A DNA stretch of 63,840 bases, counting the filler, from Octopus bimaculoides (Eukaryota), in NCBI RefSeq assembly GCF_001194135.2. It is 7 parts of 6 records of this genome, joined end to end, with 100 filler letters (N's around TTAATTAATTAA, not from the genome) between each part and the next. Parts side by side here need not be neighbours in the genome. Positions count along the whole stretch, not along the records: positions 29,804 to 44,803 come from NC_068982.1; positions 44,904 to 59,010 come from NC_068981.1; 5 more parts are not named here. One strand, written 5' to 3'. Within the stretch, counting starts at the first letter, position 1; each line of letters starts with the position of its first letter. Below are positions 36,950 to 50,421 of this stretch, in pieces. The position numbers and the translations under genes are program-made. The notes under the pieces are model-generated. The model saw nothing but the letters and a program-made list of their open reading frames with translations, was not told the origin of the DNA and ran no database searches.

Positions 36950-37128
36950 TTGATTACGGTTCTTTTGACTAATTCTTCCATCTAAAACAACCGCTGCACC
37001 CCTATTTAATACATCTACCCTAAACCTACATAATGCATCTGTCTGTTTTCCTCTGTAGGGAAGATGTATTAAATAGGGGTGCAGCGGTTGTTTTAGATGG
37101 AAGAATTAGTCAAAAGAACCATAATCAA
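36950..37128. repeat. long near-perfect inverted repeat (73-bp arms, 33-nt loop)
   Basis: 36950-37022 versus 37056-37128: 71/73 complementary. Confidence 0.95.
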
Positions 37129-37454
37129 ACTGTATCTCCTCCGGGTCACACAAAACATATTCCCTAATCATCTCGCTCGAATCTCCAAATTTCTTTCACC
37201 GCACACTTTCTCCCACAAACATGAAAGCACCTAAAGTTCAAACAGGACACCAACAACATCAAGCTGATCAATCGGTATGAGGTGGACAGGCAGGCTTTGA
37301 GAGGGGCATTGAAACATCAAGGGCGCCGACCCTTTTTATTTTCTCTGATTAATCATTAAGAAAACATTTCGTTTTCCAAGATTGATAAAATAAATATCAC
37401 TCAAATAATACAGTTAGCATTCGACTGTGCCCGCCACCAAATCTTGTGGCCTTG

Positions 37455-37480
37455 TGCATTATTTTACTATTATTATTATC

Positions 37481-37542
<62 letters not shown>

Positions 37543-37552
37543 CATTATTATC

Positions 37553-37603
<51 letters not shown>

Positions 37604-37614
37604 AGTATTATTAC

Positions 37615-37671
<57 letters not shown>

Positions 37672-38034
37672 CGTTTTCACACGATGTACCACCCCCTGTG
37701 TTTGTGCTTTTGTGTTTGATCTCTGTTAAAAATGTATCAATAGGTGTCTTTCTGACAAATAAAAGAACCATGTGTCTCCGCTTATCTTACAATGCTTCTT
37801 ATGTTTTGGGCTTGTTTACCTATTGTTGCTGTTTATTTTTCTGACCGTCGCCATCGTCGTGGTCGTTGTCGTCGCCATTACTGCTGCTGCTGCTGCTGCT
37901 GCTATTGTTATTGCTACCGTTGATGCAGTTGTTTCAGAATGTACAATGTCCGCTATCATTGTTGCTGCTATTTTGTTGTTGCTATTGTTGCAGCTTTGTT
38001 GTTTCTGTTGTCGTAGTTACTTTTGCTGTTGCTA

Positions 38035-38089
<55 letters not shown>

Positions 38090-38782
38090 GTTGTTGTTGT
38101 TGTTCATGGTGGTGGTGGTGGTTTTTATTGTTGTTTCAGACTACTACATCCCTACCACCACCACCACCACCATCACCACCATCACCACCTCCACCATCGC
38201 CTACAAGTCGGCTCTTGTCATGGCGGCGGCGGTGTTAAGTCAAACGTTCTTTCAACATAAGAGAGTACTTCTGTCTTTGTTGTCAAATGGCTTTACACAC
38301 TTTTCTTGTACTCCTGCCCACATCTTTGGAGGGAGTAGTGAGGGGCACGGAGGGACTGCGCTCTATGTAGTTGTGTGATTGTATGAGTGTGTGTGTATGC
38401 GCATGTCTGCTTGTATATCTATGTGTATTTTTGCATGAGGTTGCTCGAGCACCTGTGTCTCTGTAACGCTATTCGTGTGGTCGTGTGAGCCTGTATATGT
38501 GTATGTGCATGCATAACTACACATGGATTTATAAATGTGTGTATATACATGTGTATATGTGTGTGTGTGTGTGTGTGTCTGTGTGTTTGTGTGTGTTTGT
38601 GTGTGTATGTATGTGTATGTATATGTGTGTATGTATATATATATATATATATATATGTGCGTGTGTATGTGTGTATGTATAGATATATGTGTATGTATAA
38701 ATATGCTTGTGTGCGTGAATGTGTATAGATAGACAGACAGACAGACAGACTGACTGACTGACTGACAGACAGACAGACAGAC

Positions 38783-38854
<72 letters not shown>

Positions 38855-39020
38855 GCAAATGTGTGTACATGTGTATATGGGAATGTGCGTGATTGTGTGT
38901 TTGAGCGGAGAGAGAGAGACAGACAGAGAGACATAGAGAGACAGATACACATAGGGAGACAGAGAGACTGAGACAGACAGACAGACAGAGACAGAAACAG
39001 AGAAACAAAGAGAGAGAGAG
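37455..39020. repeat. microsatellite field: (ATT)n, (GCT)n, (CAC)n, (TG)n, (TA)n, (GACA)n, (GATA)n, (GA)n
   Basis: Direct inspection. Confidence 0.95.
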
Positions 39021-39320
39021 AGAATGGGTATTGGAATTAGGTGATGACTGCTAAAAAGAAAAGGAAAGAAAGTTTCGTGGCTAAAGAAAAGCATGCTTTG
39101 CTGGAAAAAACACTGGCGCTGATTGCATTGAAATGTCGTCACCGCAGCTGAGGTCGTTGACGCCTGTTTGGTCCTCAAACACCCTCAGCAGACGCTAATA
39201 ACAATACAGAATGAAACAAAAGTTATAAGGAGCTGAGCATTGCACCACGAGATTAACAGCAGCTAGAGAAATCTACATGCGTGTGAATGCGTATGTCCTT
39301 AATACGTACGTTTGTGTCTG

Positions 39321-39353
<33 letters not shown>

Positions 39354-39354
<1 letters not shown>

Positions 39355-40131
39355 GAGGCGCTATGGCCCAGTGGTTAGGGCAGCGGACTCGCGGTCATAG
39401 GATCGCGGTTTCGATTCCCAGATCGGGCGTTGTGAGTGTTTATTGAGCGAAAACACCTAAAGCTCCACGAGGCTCCGGCAGGGGATACTGGTGAACCCTG
39501 CCGTACTCTTCCACCACAACTTTCTCTCACTCTTACTTCCTGTTTCTGTTGTGCCTGTAATTCATAGGGTCAGCCTTGCCACACTGTGTCACGCTGAATA
39601 TACCCGAGAACTACGTTAAGGGTACACGTGTCTGTGGAGTGCTCAGTCACTTGCACGTTAATTTCACGAGCAGGCTATTCCGTTGATCAGATCAACTGGA
39701 ANNNNNNNNNNGTACGTTTGTGTCTGTATACACACACACACACACACACACACGTGGAGGCGCTATGGCCCAGTGGTTAGGGCAGCGGACTCGCGGTCAT
39801 AGGATCGCGGTTTCGATTCCCAGATCGGGCGTTGTGAGTGTTTATTGAGCGAAAACACCTAAAGCTCCACGAGGCTCCGGCAGGGGATACTGGTGAACCC
39901 TGCCGTACTCTTCCACCACAACTTTCTCTCACTCTTACTTCCTGTTTCTGTTGTGCCTGTAATTCATAGGGTCAGCCTTGCCACACTGTGTCACGCTGAA
40001 TATACCCGAGAACTACGTTAAGGGTACACGTGTCTGTGGAGTGCTCAGTCACTTGCACGTTAATTTCACGAGCAGGCTATTCCGTTGATCAGATCAACTG
40101 GAACCCTCGTCGTCGTTAGCGACGGAGTGCC
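39354..40131 (+). mobile_element. SINE family B, present twice across a 10-N gap (39354-39701; 39756-40131); probably one real copy
   Basis: The flank and SINE are repeated identically on both sides of the gap. Confidence 0.85.
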
Positions 40132-40575
40132 TTAACACACACACACACACACACATAACAATACATATATATGTGTTTGTGTATATGTGTGTGTGTATAT
40201 ACACGCATGAACACGTACATACATACACACATACATACATACATACATGTATTCAGGCATATACATACGTACATACATATTGATGTACACGACCATATAC
40301 ATGTACATGATTTTAAAATCATACCACTTCTTTTGCCTTTTCCTAGGGATTGTCGTTTTCGTCAGTTTCTAGTATGAGACTGATTTGGTAAATGCGCAAT
40401 TATGAAAATATATTTTATTAATTCAATACACCCACTCTGTTAACCAATATATGAGTGCCTGTTTTCCCCAACTCATGAATTTTTAGACCAATATATACGT
40501 ACATCTGTATGTGTGTGTCAGTGTGTATGTGTGTGTGTATTATTTTATATTACACACTCACACACATACGTACAT

Positions 40576-40608
<33 letters not shown>

Positions 40609-40616
40609 CATACATA

Positions 40617-40681
40617 CAGGGATGGCCATAAGTCGCTCTACCCATTTCTAATAATAAAGAAATGGGTACAGCGACTTATGG
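40617..40681. mobile_element. miniature Tc1-like hairpin element (two TIRs almost abutting), cut by a gap
   Basis: TA then CAGGGATGGCCATAAGTCGCTCTACCCATTTCT, an 8-nt loop, then AGAAATGGGTACAGCGACTTATGG; 24-bp arms with 1 mismatch. Confidence 0.6.
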
Positions 40682-40898
40682 NNNNNNNNNNNNNNNNNNN
40701 NNNNNNNNNNNNNNNNNNNNNNNNNNNNNNNNNNNNNNNNNNNNNNNNNNNNNNNNNNNNNNNNNNNNNNNNNNNNNNNNNNNNNNNNNNNNNNNNNNNN
40801 NNNNNNNNNNNNNNNNNNNNNNNNNNNNNNNNNNNNNNNNNNNNNNNNNNNNNNNNNNNNNNNNNNNNNNNNNNNNNNNNNNNNNNNNNNNNNNNNNN

Positions 40899-40938
<40 letters not shown>

Positions 40939-41285
40939 CAGACAGACAGAGACAGAAACAAACAGACAGACAGACAGATAGAGACAGAGAGATCAGAGAT
41001 TTGAATATATATATATATTAATTGAATATTTCTTCCATGGTGTATCATGGTGTATGATGTTTTCACACTCGTTTCTGCCTTTAACAATCATTATCAAAGA
41101 AACGATGTCGTGTGGTAAGTATCAACCGTCGAATGAATACATACCATGTATATTGCCATGAATTGAGCGCGTTTTTATCGTGGTATATTTTGTTCAAGAG
41201 GACTCGGAATACACGCGCAGCCGCCCACTCACACACATATGTATGTCATGTGTGTATATGTATGTACATACGTACGTATGTCTGC

Positions 41286-41318
<33 letters not shown>

Positions 41319-43015
41319 TGTTTGTATGTATGTATGTATGTGTATGTTTACTTAGAGACACACAAAAACACACGTGTGCACACATATATAAGTACATATC
41401 TGTCTGCTTATTTTAGACCATTGTTTGATTATTCTAACCGTGAGGGTCGGTGTGGTGTAATGTGTTGTGGTGAGGCGTTGTGTGATGGAAGTACGAACCT
41501 GGACAGTTGCCATATTGTTAGCTGCTGACCTGTTGAAGCCTTTTACACAATGTGCCCGTCTCCTCCAACGCCAACAACATCGACTTCAGCATCTACAAGA
41601 ACAATATCAATAACACAACCACCAACACCTCTGTCAACAATAACATCACAAAACTGTAAACCAACAACAACAAAACAAAAGCAAACATCAACAACACTAT
41701 TCCCCAACACCAACATCACCATCACCACCAACAACAACTGTATCAATAACACCTACACCTACAATAGCAGCAAAAACAATACAAACACCATCATCGCCAA
41801 CACCAGCATCATCAGTACCATCAACACCATCAACAGCAACAGCGCCAGTAACAATAATACCTACAGTAACAATAGCAGCAAAAACAATGCCAAGATTACG
41901 AAGAACAACACCAGCAACAGCATCAATAATTCCAACGATGAAAACAATGCAACGGCTTCACACGTTCTTTGTATCATTCAAATCGCTCCTCATGTTGCCA
42001 GAACATAAGCTTGTCTAAAAGCTCTTACAAAGCGGGTCGATATATTTCAAGACAATTACTGGATTATCAATATAGTAATCATCGTATTCATATTGCGTAG
42101 TCTCGCAGTGAAATTAGGGCCCACAACAGCTTTTTTGATAGCTTGCGATAGAGAACGAACCGATCGGTTTCACTTGGAGAGTCAGAAGTGAGCGAAACCC
42201 GACAAATTGTTTGAATAATAAAGAGAGCAGCAGTTTCTTTCTGTGAACATCCCTTGGACTGTTGTTACTTTTCGTATTTTGATTTTGTTTTGTTATTGAT
42301 TTGATGTGTGTGCCTGTGTGTAAAAGTTGGGCTTCAATACAGTTTCCGCTCGCTTAATCTACTCATTTGGCATTGGACGGTTCAAGACTATACCGGAAGC
42401 CACTTGCCCAATGTTCTGCACTCGCAAAACTACGTGGTTGCTACGCGAACTTAACTATATAGTCAGGCCTATTTTACGAAAGCAAAGCAGCTTAGCAATA
42501 CTAGAGCCTCTAAAATAGTGATTACCGGAGCTAGTAAGAGAAATTCTGGCTAGGAAATCATGTCCTATGCAATGCAGCACCCACATTTTTCACAGCTGGG
42601 ACAACGTACCCCAAATCTAAGAAGGGAACTCCTCAAAATGAAGGCATTATGGACATCATCTAGTACGTTGAAATATAAAGCAACACATCGGATACTTATA
42701 TCTCGTATCTGATATATTTTGACAGTTATACATCTGCTTTGTAGTGGACATTTATAAGACTGGTTTCGTGGACATGTTTGTATCTGATGTAATAGACAGC
42801 CATGTACCTGGCACTTGGTGAATCATCCCAATATCTTATATATTACACAACTATAGCATACTATAGCGAACATCTATTTATCTGCTACATGAGGGAGTTA
42901 TATATATATGATATCATGCATATGTATAAATGTGTGTTCTCGTATGTACGTACGTATGTGTGTATGTACGAATGTATGTTATACGTATGTATGTATCTAC
43001 GTATGTATATATGTA

Positions 43016-43074
<59 letters not shown>

Positions 43075-43408
43075 NNNNNNNNNNNNNNNNNNNNNNNNNN
43101 NNNNNNNNNNNNNNNNNNNNNNNNNNNNNNNNNNNNNNNNNNNNNNNNNNNNNNNNNNNNNNNNNNNNNNNNNNNNNNNNNNNNNNNNNNNNNNNNNNNN
43201 NNNNNNNNNNNNNNNNNNNNNNNNNNNNNNNNNNNNNNNNNNNNNNNNNNNNNNNNNNNNNNNNNNNNNNNNNNNNNNNNNNNNNNNNNNNNNNNNNNNN
43301 NNNNNNNNNNNNNNNNNNNNNNNNNNNNNNNNNNNNNNNNNNNNNNNNNNNNNNNNNNNNNNNNNNNNNNNNNNNNNNNNNNNNNNNNNATTCATATTAT
43401 TTATTTTC

Positions 43409-43459
<51 letters not shown>

Positions 43460-43722
43460 TCTACTTTGTTTCCATTTTCGTTTTCCTCTCATATTCAATA
43501 CAAATCCCCTACCTTTTCCTTGTTTATGCAATTTGCCTTCTCTTCTGTCCCCATCCTGTTATTATAATCACTATCCTCACAACCACAACCACAACCACAA
43601 CCACAACCACTACCACACCACCATCATCATCGTCATCATCATCATTAATATGATCATTGTCCTTTTCCATGAATAAGATGTACGATCACCGTCATCTCCC
43701 TTGCCATACACACAGACACACA

Positions 43723-43767
<45 letters not shown>

Positions 43768-43844
43768 ACATATATACATATATATATATAATTGACAAAG
43801 CGATTTCTTATTATTCTTATGAGAACGTTAGATCAAAATTCCCA

Positions 43845-44170
43845 CACTATGTCGCCTGAGTGGCGGCCCCTGTTCGAGACATGGTCGGTGCGGCTAATCT
43901 TTTCTTCTCGACGCCGTTGTCAATGACCAAAATACAAAGAGCGAAAGCGATTCTTTGACACTTTGTTCAGTTGGCGCGATGTGGCCGCCATTTTCCTACG
44001 AATTTATCTAAAGTGGAGAGCAAGTTCCTTTTTTGTTTTCTTTGTCTTTTTTTTTTGTTTTTCGTTTTGTTTCCCTTCTATTTACAGACGCCACCTTTAA
44101 CCTCGGCTACCAATAACACCTCCGCCGATACCATTCTCATCGTCATCAAACACTACAACTGGCGAAAGTG
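43845..44170. promoter_or_regulatory. CpG-rich promoter-like island with YY1-type motif
   Basis: Local CpG excess in an AT-rich background; GCCGCCATTTT at 43984-43994 (AAAATGGCGGC on the - strand). Confidence 0.35.
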
Positions 44171-44309
44171 CAATCTTTTAGGAACATAACAAACGGCTTT
44201 CCTATATATAACATTTGCATTTCTATGACAAACTGGTGTTTATAGACAGTACAGATATTTTTACGAGAACAATCGTGTGAGTATATGTGTGGTTGTTTTG
44301 TGCGTACGC

Positions 44310-44361
<52 letters not shown>

Positions 44362-44397
44362 TTGGGTGTATGTGTACATGTGTGTATGTATACACAA

Positions 44398-44435
<38 letters not shown>

Positions 44436-44605
44436 GTATGTAGTATGTATGATATTCGTGGACGTGTGCATGTATGTTATATTGTGCGTGTGTGTGTGAA
44501 TGTTCGTGCGCAATTGTATGTGTGTTTTGTATGTGAGTGAGTATATTTGTTAATGGGTATATGTGCAAATGTATGTGGGAGGATATTGTTGGTGTTATAG
44601 ATACA

Positions 44606-44760
44606 GGCGGTGCGGTAAAGAGGTTGCTTCCCAATCACATGGTTCTTGGTTCAGTCGCACTGCGTGACACATAGGCGAGTGTTTTCTACTATAGCCTTGG
44701 GCTGACCAAAGCCTTGTGAGTGGATTTGATAGATGGAAACTGAAAGAAGCTCGTCCTGCA

Positions 44761-44803
<43 letters not shown>

Positions 44804-45082
44804 NNNNNNNNNNNNNNNNNNNNNNNNNNNNNNNNNNNNNNNNNNNNTTAATTAATTAANNNNNNNNNNNNNNNNNNNNNNNNNNNNNNNNNNNNNNNNN
44901 NNNGCTTGACAACCGATGCTGGTGTGTTTACGTCCCCATAACTTAGTGGTTCGGCAAAAGAGACCGATAGAATAAGTACCAGGCTTACAAAGAATAAGTC
45001 CTGGACTCGATTTGCTCGACTAAAGGCGGTGCTCCAGCATGGCCACAGTCAAATGACTGAAACAATTAAAAGAGTAAAAGAG
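44606..45082 (+). mobile_element. SINE family C with a gap in the central microsatellite
   Basis: Family head and tail. Confidence 0.85.
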
Positions 45083-45844
45083 TATATATGAAGTGGTAGA
45101 ACTAAGTTGAATATGGCCTGTACCAATACTGATCAAAATGTGAGTTATATAAGCATACACACAGAATATACATATATTTGTGTGTGTGTGTATATTTACA
45201 CACACACACACACACGCACCACACACTCAATCGTCAACATCATTTAATGAACTTTGCCAAAATTGCATGGGTCAAATGGAATTTGTGGAAGCAGATTTTC
45301 TATAGCCAAATGCCCTTCCTGTCACCAACCCTCACCTGTTTCTAGTATGTACATACACATGCATAAGTGAGCGCGTACACATGCACATGTGCACACACAT
45401 ATACATACACACACACNNNNNNNNNNNNNNNNNNNNNNNNNNNNNNNNNNNNNNNNNNNNNNNNNNNNNNNNNNNNNNNNNNNNNNNNNNNNNNNNNNNN
45501 NNNNNNNNNNNNNNNNNNNNNNNNNNNNNNNNNNNNNNNNNNNNNNNNNNNNNNNNNNNNNNNNNNNNNNNNNNNNCCAAGCAATATTTAAGTTCATATT
45601 CATTCGCTCATCCATTTGATATCTGTTTTTCCTCGGCAGCAAGGAAAATTGATTCTAGATTTTACAACTCGATGGTCTTCTTGCTGCCAATCCTTACCAT
45701 TTTTTGTCCAAGTGAGGGATTTTTTATTCTGCCAATCTTTGAAAGAGTAAAGTGATTAGTGATGTCCACAAGGAATATAATGTCAGTGTTTCTCTCAAAC
45801 GGGAACAAGCAAAGCCATGGAATGTAAACATTTACACACACATG

Positions 45845-45876
<32 letters not shown>

Positions 45877-46254
45877 GGATTTAATTATAATTATATTGGA
45901 GAAAAAAAAATATGTTGTCAGTTTTGCAAGATACTGTCAACTACTTTTATTTCATTGTTTCATATTTCTATAATCAACATTTCACTTACTGAATCAATAT
46001 ATTGCATGATTGAGAAAATTAAATGTGTCTGAGTATTTAACCATTTTAGGACCTTATTTTTTATGAAAAACAGTATATATGTTTCTCCATTAATTTTGAA
46101 AGTATTCAACAATTTGGGGTGTTTAGTCAGTTCACTTTTATAATTATTTTTATTATTCTTTTTGGAACAGTGGATCTTGAGGTATACAAATAAAGCTATA
46201 AATTATAGACTGTAAATATTGGGTTTTTTCAACCCAATATATTTACATGCTATA

Positions 46255-46465
46255 AGGCAGCAAGCTGGCAGAATTGTTAGCATGCCTGGCAACATGCTTA
46301 GCATCATTTCATCATCTTTACATTCTAAGTTTCAATTCCACCGAGGTCAGTTTTGCCTTTCATCCTTTTGGGGTCAATAAAGTAAGTACCAGTTGGACAC
46401 TGGGGGTCGATGTAATTGATTTACCCTTTCCCCTGAATTTGCTGGCCTTGTGCCAAAATTTAAAT
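46255..46465 (+). mobile_element. SINE A2 (another copy at about 52193-52400)
   Basis: Family A head; tail ...TTGCTGGCCTTGTGCCAAAATT. Confidence 0.8.
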
Positions 46466-47924
46466 CCGGTGTTTACATGTATTTTTATGTGCTTTGGGTT
46501 CATTATTCGAAAAAAGAATTATTTCACGTTCTCTCAAGTTTATAAAATTTTTATGGTATCAGCAATTTATTTCTATATGAAGATGATGTTTAAACATAAC
46601 TTATCAAAAGGTTCTTATATAAAATTATGATGGGAAGTTCTAATTTACATATGGACACTTTAAAATGAGAAATTTGGTATCAAAGAACCAAACAGCTTGG
46701 TATCCTTAGGGTTGAAGTTATAAACGAAGTTGAAAATTGATGACTGACTGGTAACATAATACTGTGTTTAGTATTAGGACTGTGACATTTGCAGGTTTCA
46801 GCTATTTCACTTCACTTCTGTTATTGTTGCACTATCTCCTTTCACTGAATTCAATAAGACTAATCACTCATTGATAGATGATACTTCTGTTTCTCCAGGG
46901 TCAATAAAATAATCATCATGCATTTGATATCTGACTTTGTTTTTTTTTTATATTTTGCTTCTGTGAGAAATAAAACTTTATTTGGTTACATGCACGCATA
47001 TGCACAACCATAACTACATCAAGTCAATGAGAGAAGTCTATGTGGTCACTCGATCTGCTAGAAACAGCAGCCAACCTCTTCCAAGTTCCTGTCTTAAAAA
47101 CAAACACATTGGATAATGTGATCCTGTATACACTGTCTAAAAACAGATAGGATAGTCATGGTTGGAACATATTTGGTCATAAGTCTGCTCAGTCAGAATT
47201 TGGGGTTAAACAACAACAGCCATAATTCTTCTGTAAAAATAGATTTTAATGATTCTATACATGAAATTTTTAGTAGTGAAGTAGTTTAATCTTTTGAGAC
47301 ATCTTTTACTAATATATATCCTCTATTATCAATTACTTGACTTTTTGAGATCAGAGGTATCAATGAGTGATTAACTATATTGTTTCTTAATGGTACTTAT
47401 GTTATCAAGGGAGAGTGTTCAAATTAGAAATGTACATTAGTGAGCTAAATATGTAACTTTTCTTCCTGCCATTTACACTGTATAATCTATTCTAAGAAAG
47501 TAAAATGAAATGAAATTATAGACAACCCTAAATACCAGACTTGAGTAATTGCATTGTTGATTTACTACATAGATATAGAAAAATGTCATGATTTCCCTTT
47601 ATTACATGAGGTAGAAAAGTTCAGGTCATTTAGGGTTTTTCTCCCTTATCCCTTACTTTCATCATCATCATCATCATCATTTTGATGTTCACTTTTCCAT
47701 GCTTGCATGGGTTGGACAGAATTTGTGTGAAGCAGATTTTCTACAGCAGGATGCTCTTCCTGCCACCAACCCTCAGCTGTTTCCAAGTAAGGTAATATTC
47801 ATGCTTTTACTGAAGAGTGGAAGAGAAGGACATGGCTTGCATGTTTGTGACAGTCATTAACAGCCATCACATGATGCCTAGACAAGGAGACTATAAAACA
47901 TACACATGCATACTCACATGCATT

Positions 47925-48370
47925 ACTGTTGTCGGTAACAAAGGGCCTCTCCTTCAGAGTGAAAGACAGATTGTATGATGCCTTTATGTGAACAGACATG
48001 CTACATGGCAGTGAAATATGGGCTGTGACTACAGAGGACATGAGAAGGCTTGAAAAGAATGAAGTTAGTATACTCCGCTGAATATGCAATGCCAGTGTGC
48101 ATGTACAGCAGTGTGTCTTAAGAAAAAAATTGAATATAAGAAGCATCAGAAGTAGTGTTCAGGAGAGAAGCCTGTGCTGATATGGCTGTGTGATGCGTAA
48201 GGACAAGAACAGAAGTTAAATCTCTAACTGTGTAGGGAATCTGTGGAAGAGGTAGACCCAGGAAGATGTGGGATGAGGTGGTGAAATGTGACCTTCAGAT
48301 GTTGAATCTCATCAGACAAGTAACTGAGACTGTTGGCGATTTGCTGTGCTTTAGAAGACACGTCAACCTA
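47925..48370 (+). mobile_element. RTE-clade LINE 3' fragment
   Basis: VTKGLSFRVKDRLYDA..DMLHGSEIWAVTTEDMRRLEKNEVSILR*ICN...GRPRKMWDEVVKCDL. Confidence 0.85.
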
Positions 48371-48529
48371 ACTACAGTTGTGGTCAGTGTCATTCACATG
48401 TGAAAGGCACCCATGCTGATGACAAGTAATAAGCACCACTGGTACACTCTGTGGAATGGTTGGCATAGAAACAAGCAAATGACCAAAACAGTCAAAATCA
48501 GTCACCACTATTGCCACAACATTTTTGCT

Positions 48530-49991
48530 CAATGCACAATGCATCAGCCCTTCCACCAATACCCAAAAATGGAAGATCCAATTTATTGAGGACTGAGTCA
48601 ATGACCATCCACACCATATCCCTTTTCTCGTCCTCACAGAGACCCATCTCAATAACCTCCATTTGGAAGCTGAGGTGAGAGTGAAGAATTTTACAGCCAT
48701 CCATGCAGATCGTGTCAGTAGAAGAAAGGGTGCGTGATTCTTTTTCAGCTGAAGCAATGGACGTATTTACCAACGGCTACTGTGAAACAGCTTCTGGGTA
48801 TAGTAAAACCAACAATTTAATAGTAGTTGGGCTCTATTAGGCCACCCCTAACTCCTTTTCTATGCTTCAAGGAATGCCTCAATAGTATTAAGTGTTTCAT
48901 CCATCAATGTCATGCTGACAACATATTAATGATGGTGTACTTCAACTTTCCCAATGTTGATTGGTACACAAACAGCTTGAAACCAGGTTTTTCCACCTCA
49001 ACCCTGATAAGGAAGCAATAGAATTGCTTTTTGATTTCATGGATGAGTTTTTCCTGATCCAACTTGTTCGTGAACTAACAAGGTGTCACAAAAACACCTT
49101 GGACCTAGTATTCAGTAACCACACTGACACTATCCTCAATATTGCAGTGGAAAAAACACCACTACTCTCAGACCATGACATGGTTCTCTGCGATCTGAGA
49201 TTCTACCACCAAAAGATCAAATCCTGTGACATCTCTCCAGTCCATCCATTTGACACTATGGAGCTTCATAATGCAGAATGGGATGCGATCAATCATGATA
49301 TTTCTCAAGTTGATTGGGCCTTCATGCACGCAACCCCCCTCCAACATAAACACATCATGGTAGACATTTGTAGATACTGTGACAAATATATGCGCAAAAC
49401 ATATTCCATTAAGATCAGTATACAAATCGAAGTGCAGAATCCCTAGAAATAAAAGAGCGATTATCAGAAAATTAAAAAGAATTAACAAAAAAATCAACCA
49501 ACTTAAATACTGCCAACAGCAACACACCCATTCGATTGCCATTGCATCACTCGAATCAAAAAAACACGACCTCCAAAAAAGGATGATGACCATCATTAAT
49601 AGTCAAAGAGCAGCTGAGGAGAGTTGGGCTATTGAGAAAATAAAACTCAATCCCAAAATGTTCTTTTCATTTGCAAAAAAACATATAGACGCTGTTTCCA
49701 CTGTTGGTTCTCTGGTTGATTAGAACAACGTTCTACATGATGATGCAAAATCCATGTGTGAGATACTGCAGAGGCAATACTGCTCTGTTTTCAGTAATGC
49801 TAATGCGGTTGATCTGGCAGGTATCAATGATGTAAACCCTCAGCTAATCATATCTGACATAACTTTTGGTGCTCCTGATATCCTAACAGAAATACATAAG
49901 ATTAAGTACAACTCAGCAGTAGGTCCTGATAAGTTCCCAGCCACTGTCCTGAAGATGTGTCGACATCAAATTGCACTCCCTCTAGCTGAGC

Positions 49992-49992
<1 letters not shown>
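48530..49992 (+). mobile_element. CR1-clade LINE remnant (APE endonuclease and linker)
   Basis: VLTETHL, ADRVSRRKG, YFNFPNVDW, FLIQLVRELTR..NTLDLVFSN, LSDHDMV, IKLNPKMFFSFAKK, EILQRQYCSVFS, SAVGPDKFPATVLKMC..IALPL. Confidence 0.85.
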
Positions 49993-50039
<47 letters not shown>

Positions 50040-50372
50040 TATATATATATGACGCTGGTCTTTGCTCATTCATATTGTTACATTCCATTGGTCACAATGT
50101 GCTTCGTTGCATTGTTGTAACTTTCAAATGATGCAACCCCGCCAGCTGAGAAAGCAGGCCTATGGCATATAAATAATTGAAGTCATTGCATTCTCACTAA
50201 ATGGGATGCTAGTCCATTGCAGGGGACCTCATTTACAGCTGAGTGGACTGAAGCAACATAAAATGAAGTGTTTTGCTCAAGAACCCAATGCATCACCNNN
50301 NNNNNNNNNNNNNNNNNNNNNNNNNNNNNNNNNNNNNNNNNNNNNNNNNNNNNNNNNNNNNACACACACACA

Positions 50373-50421
<49 letters not shown>

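Noticed and set aside
39305-40101. Apparent perfect ~400-bp tandem duplication of SINE B and flank
   Set aside because: Identical copies are separated by a 10-N gap; almost certainly overlapping contig ends.
41550-42008. 152-aa Thr/Asn-rich ORF resembling a mucin or prion-like domain
   Set aside because: Degenerate (AAC/CAA)n low-complexity DNA with no splice or homology support.
37397-44634. Poly-I/L/N/Y/VC/HT ORFs
   Set aside because: Translations of di-, tri- and tetranucleotide microsatellites.
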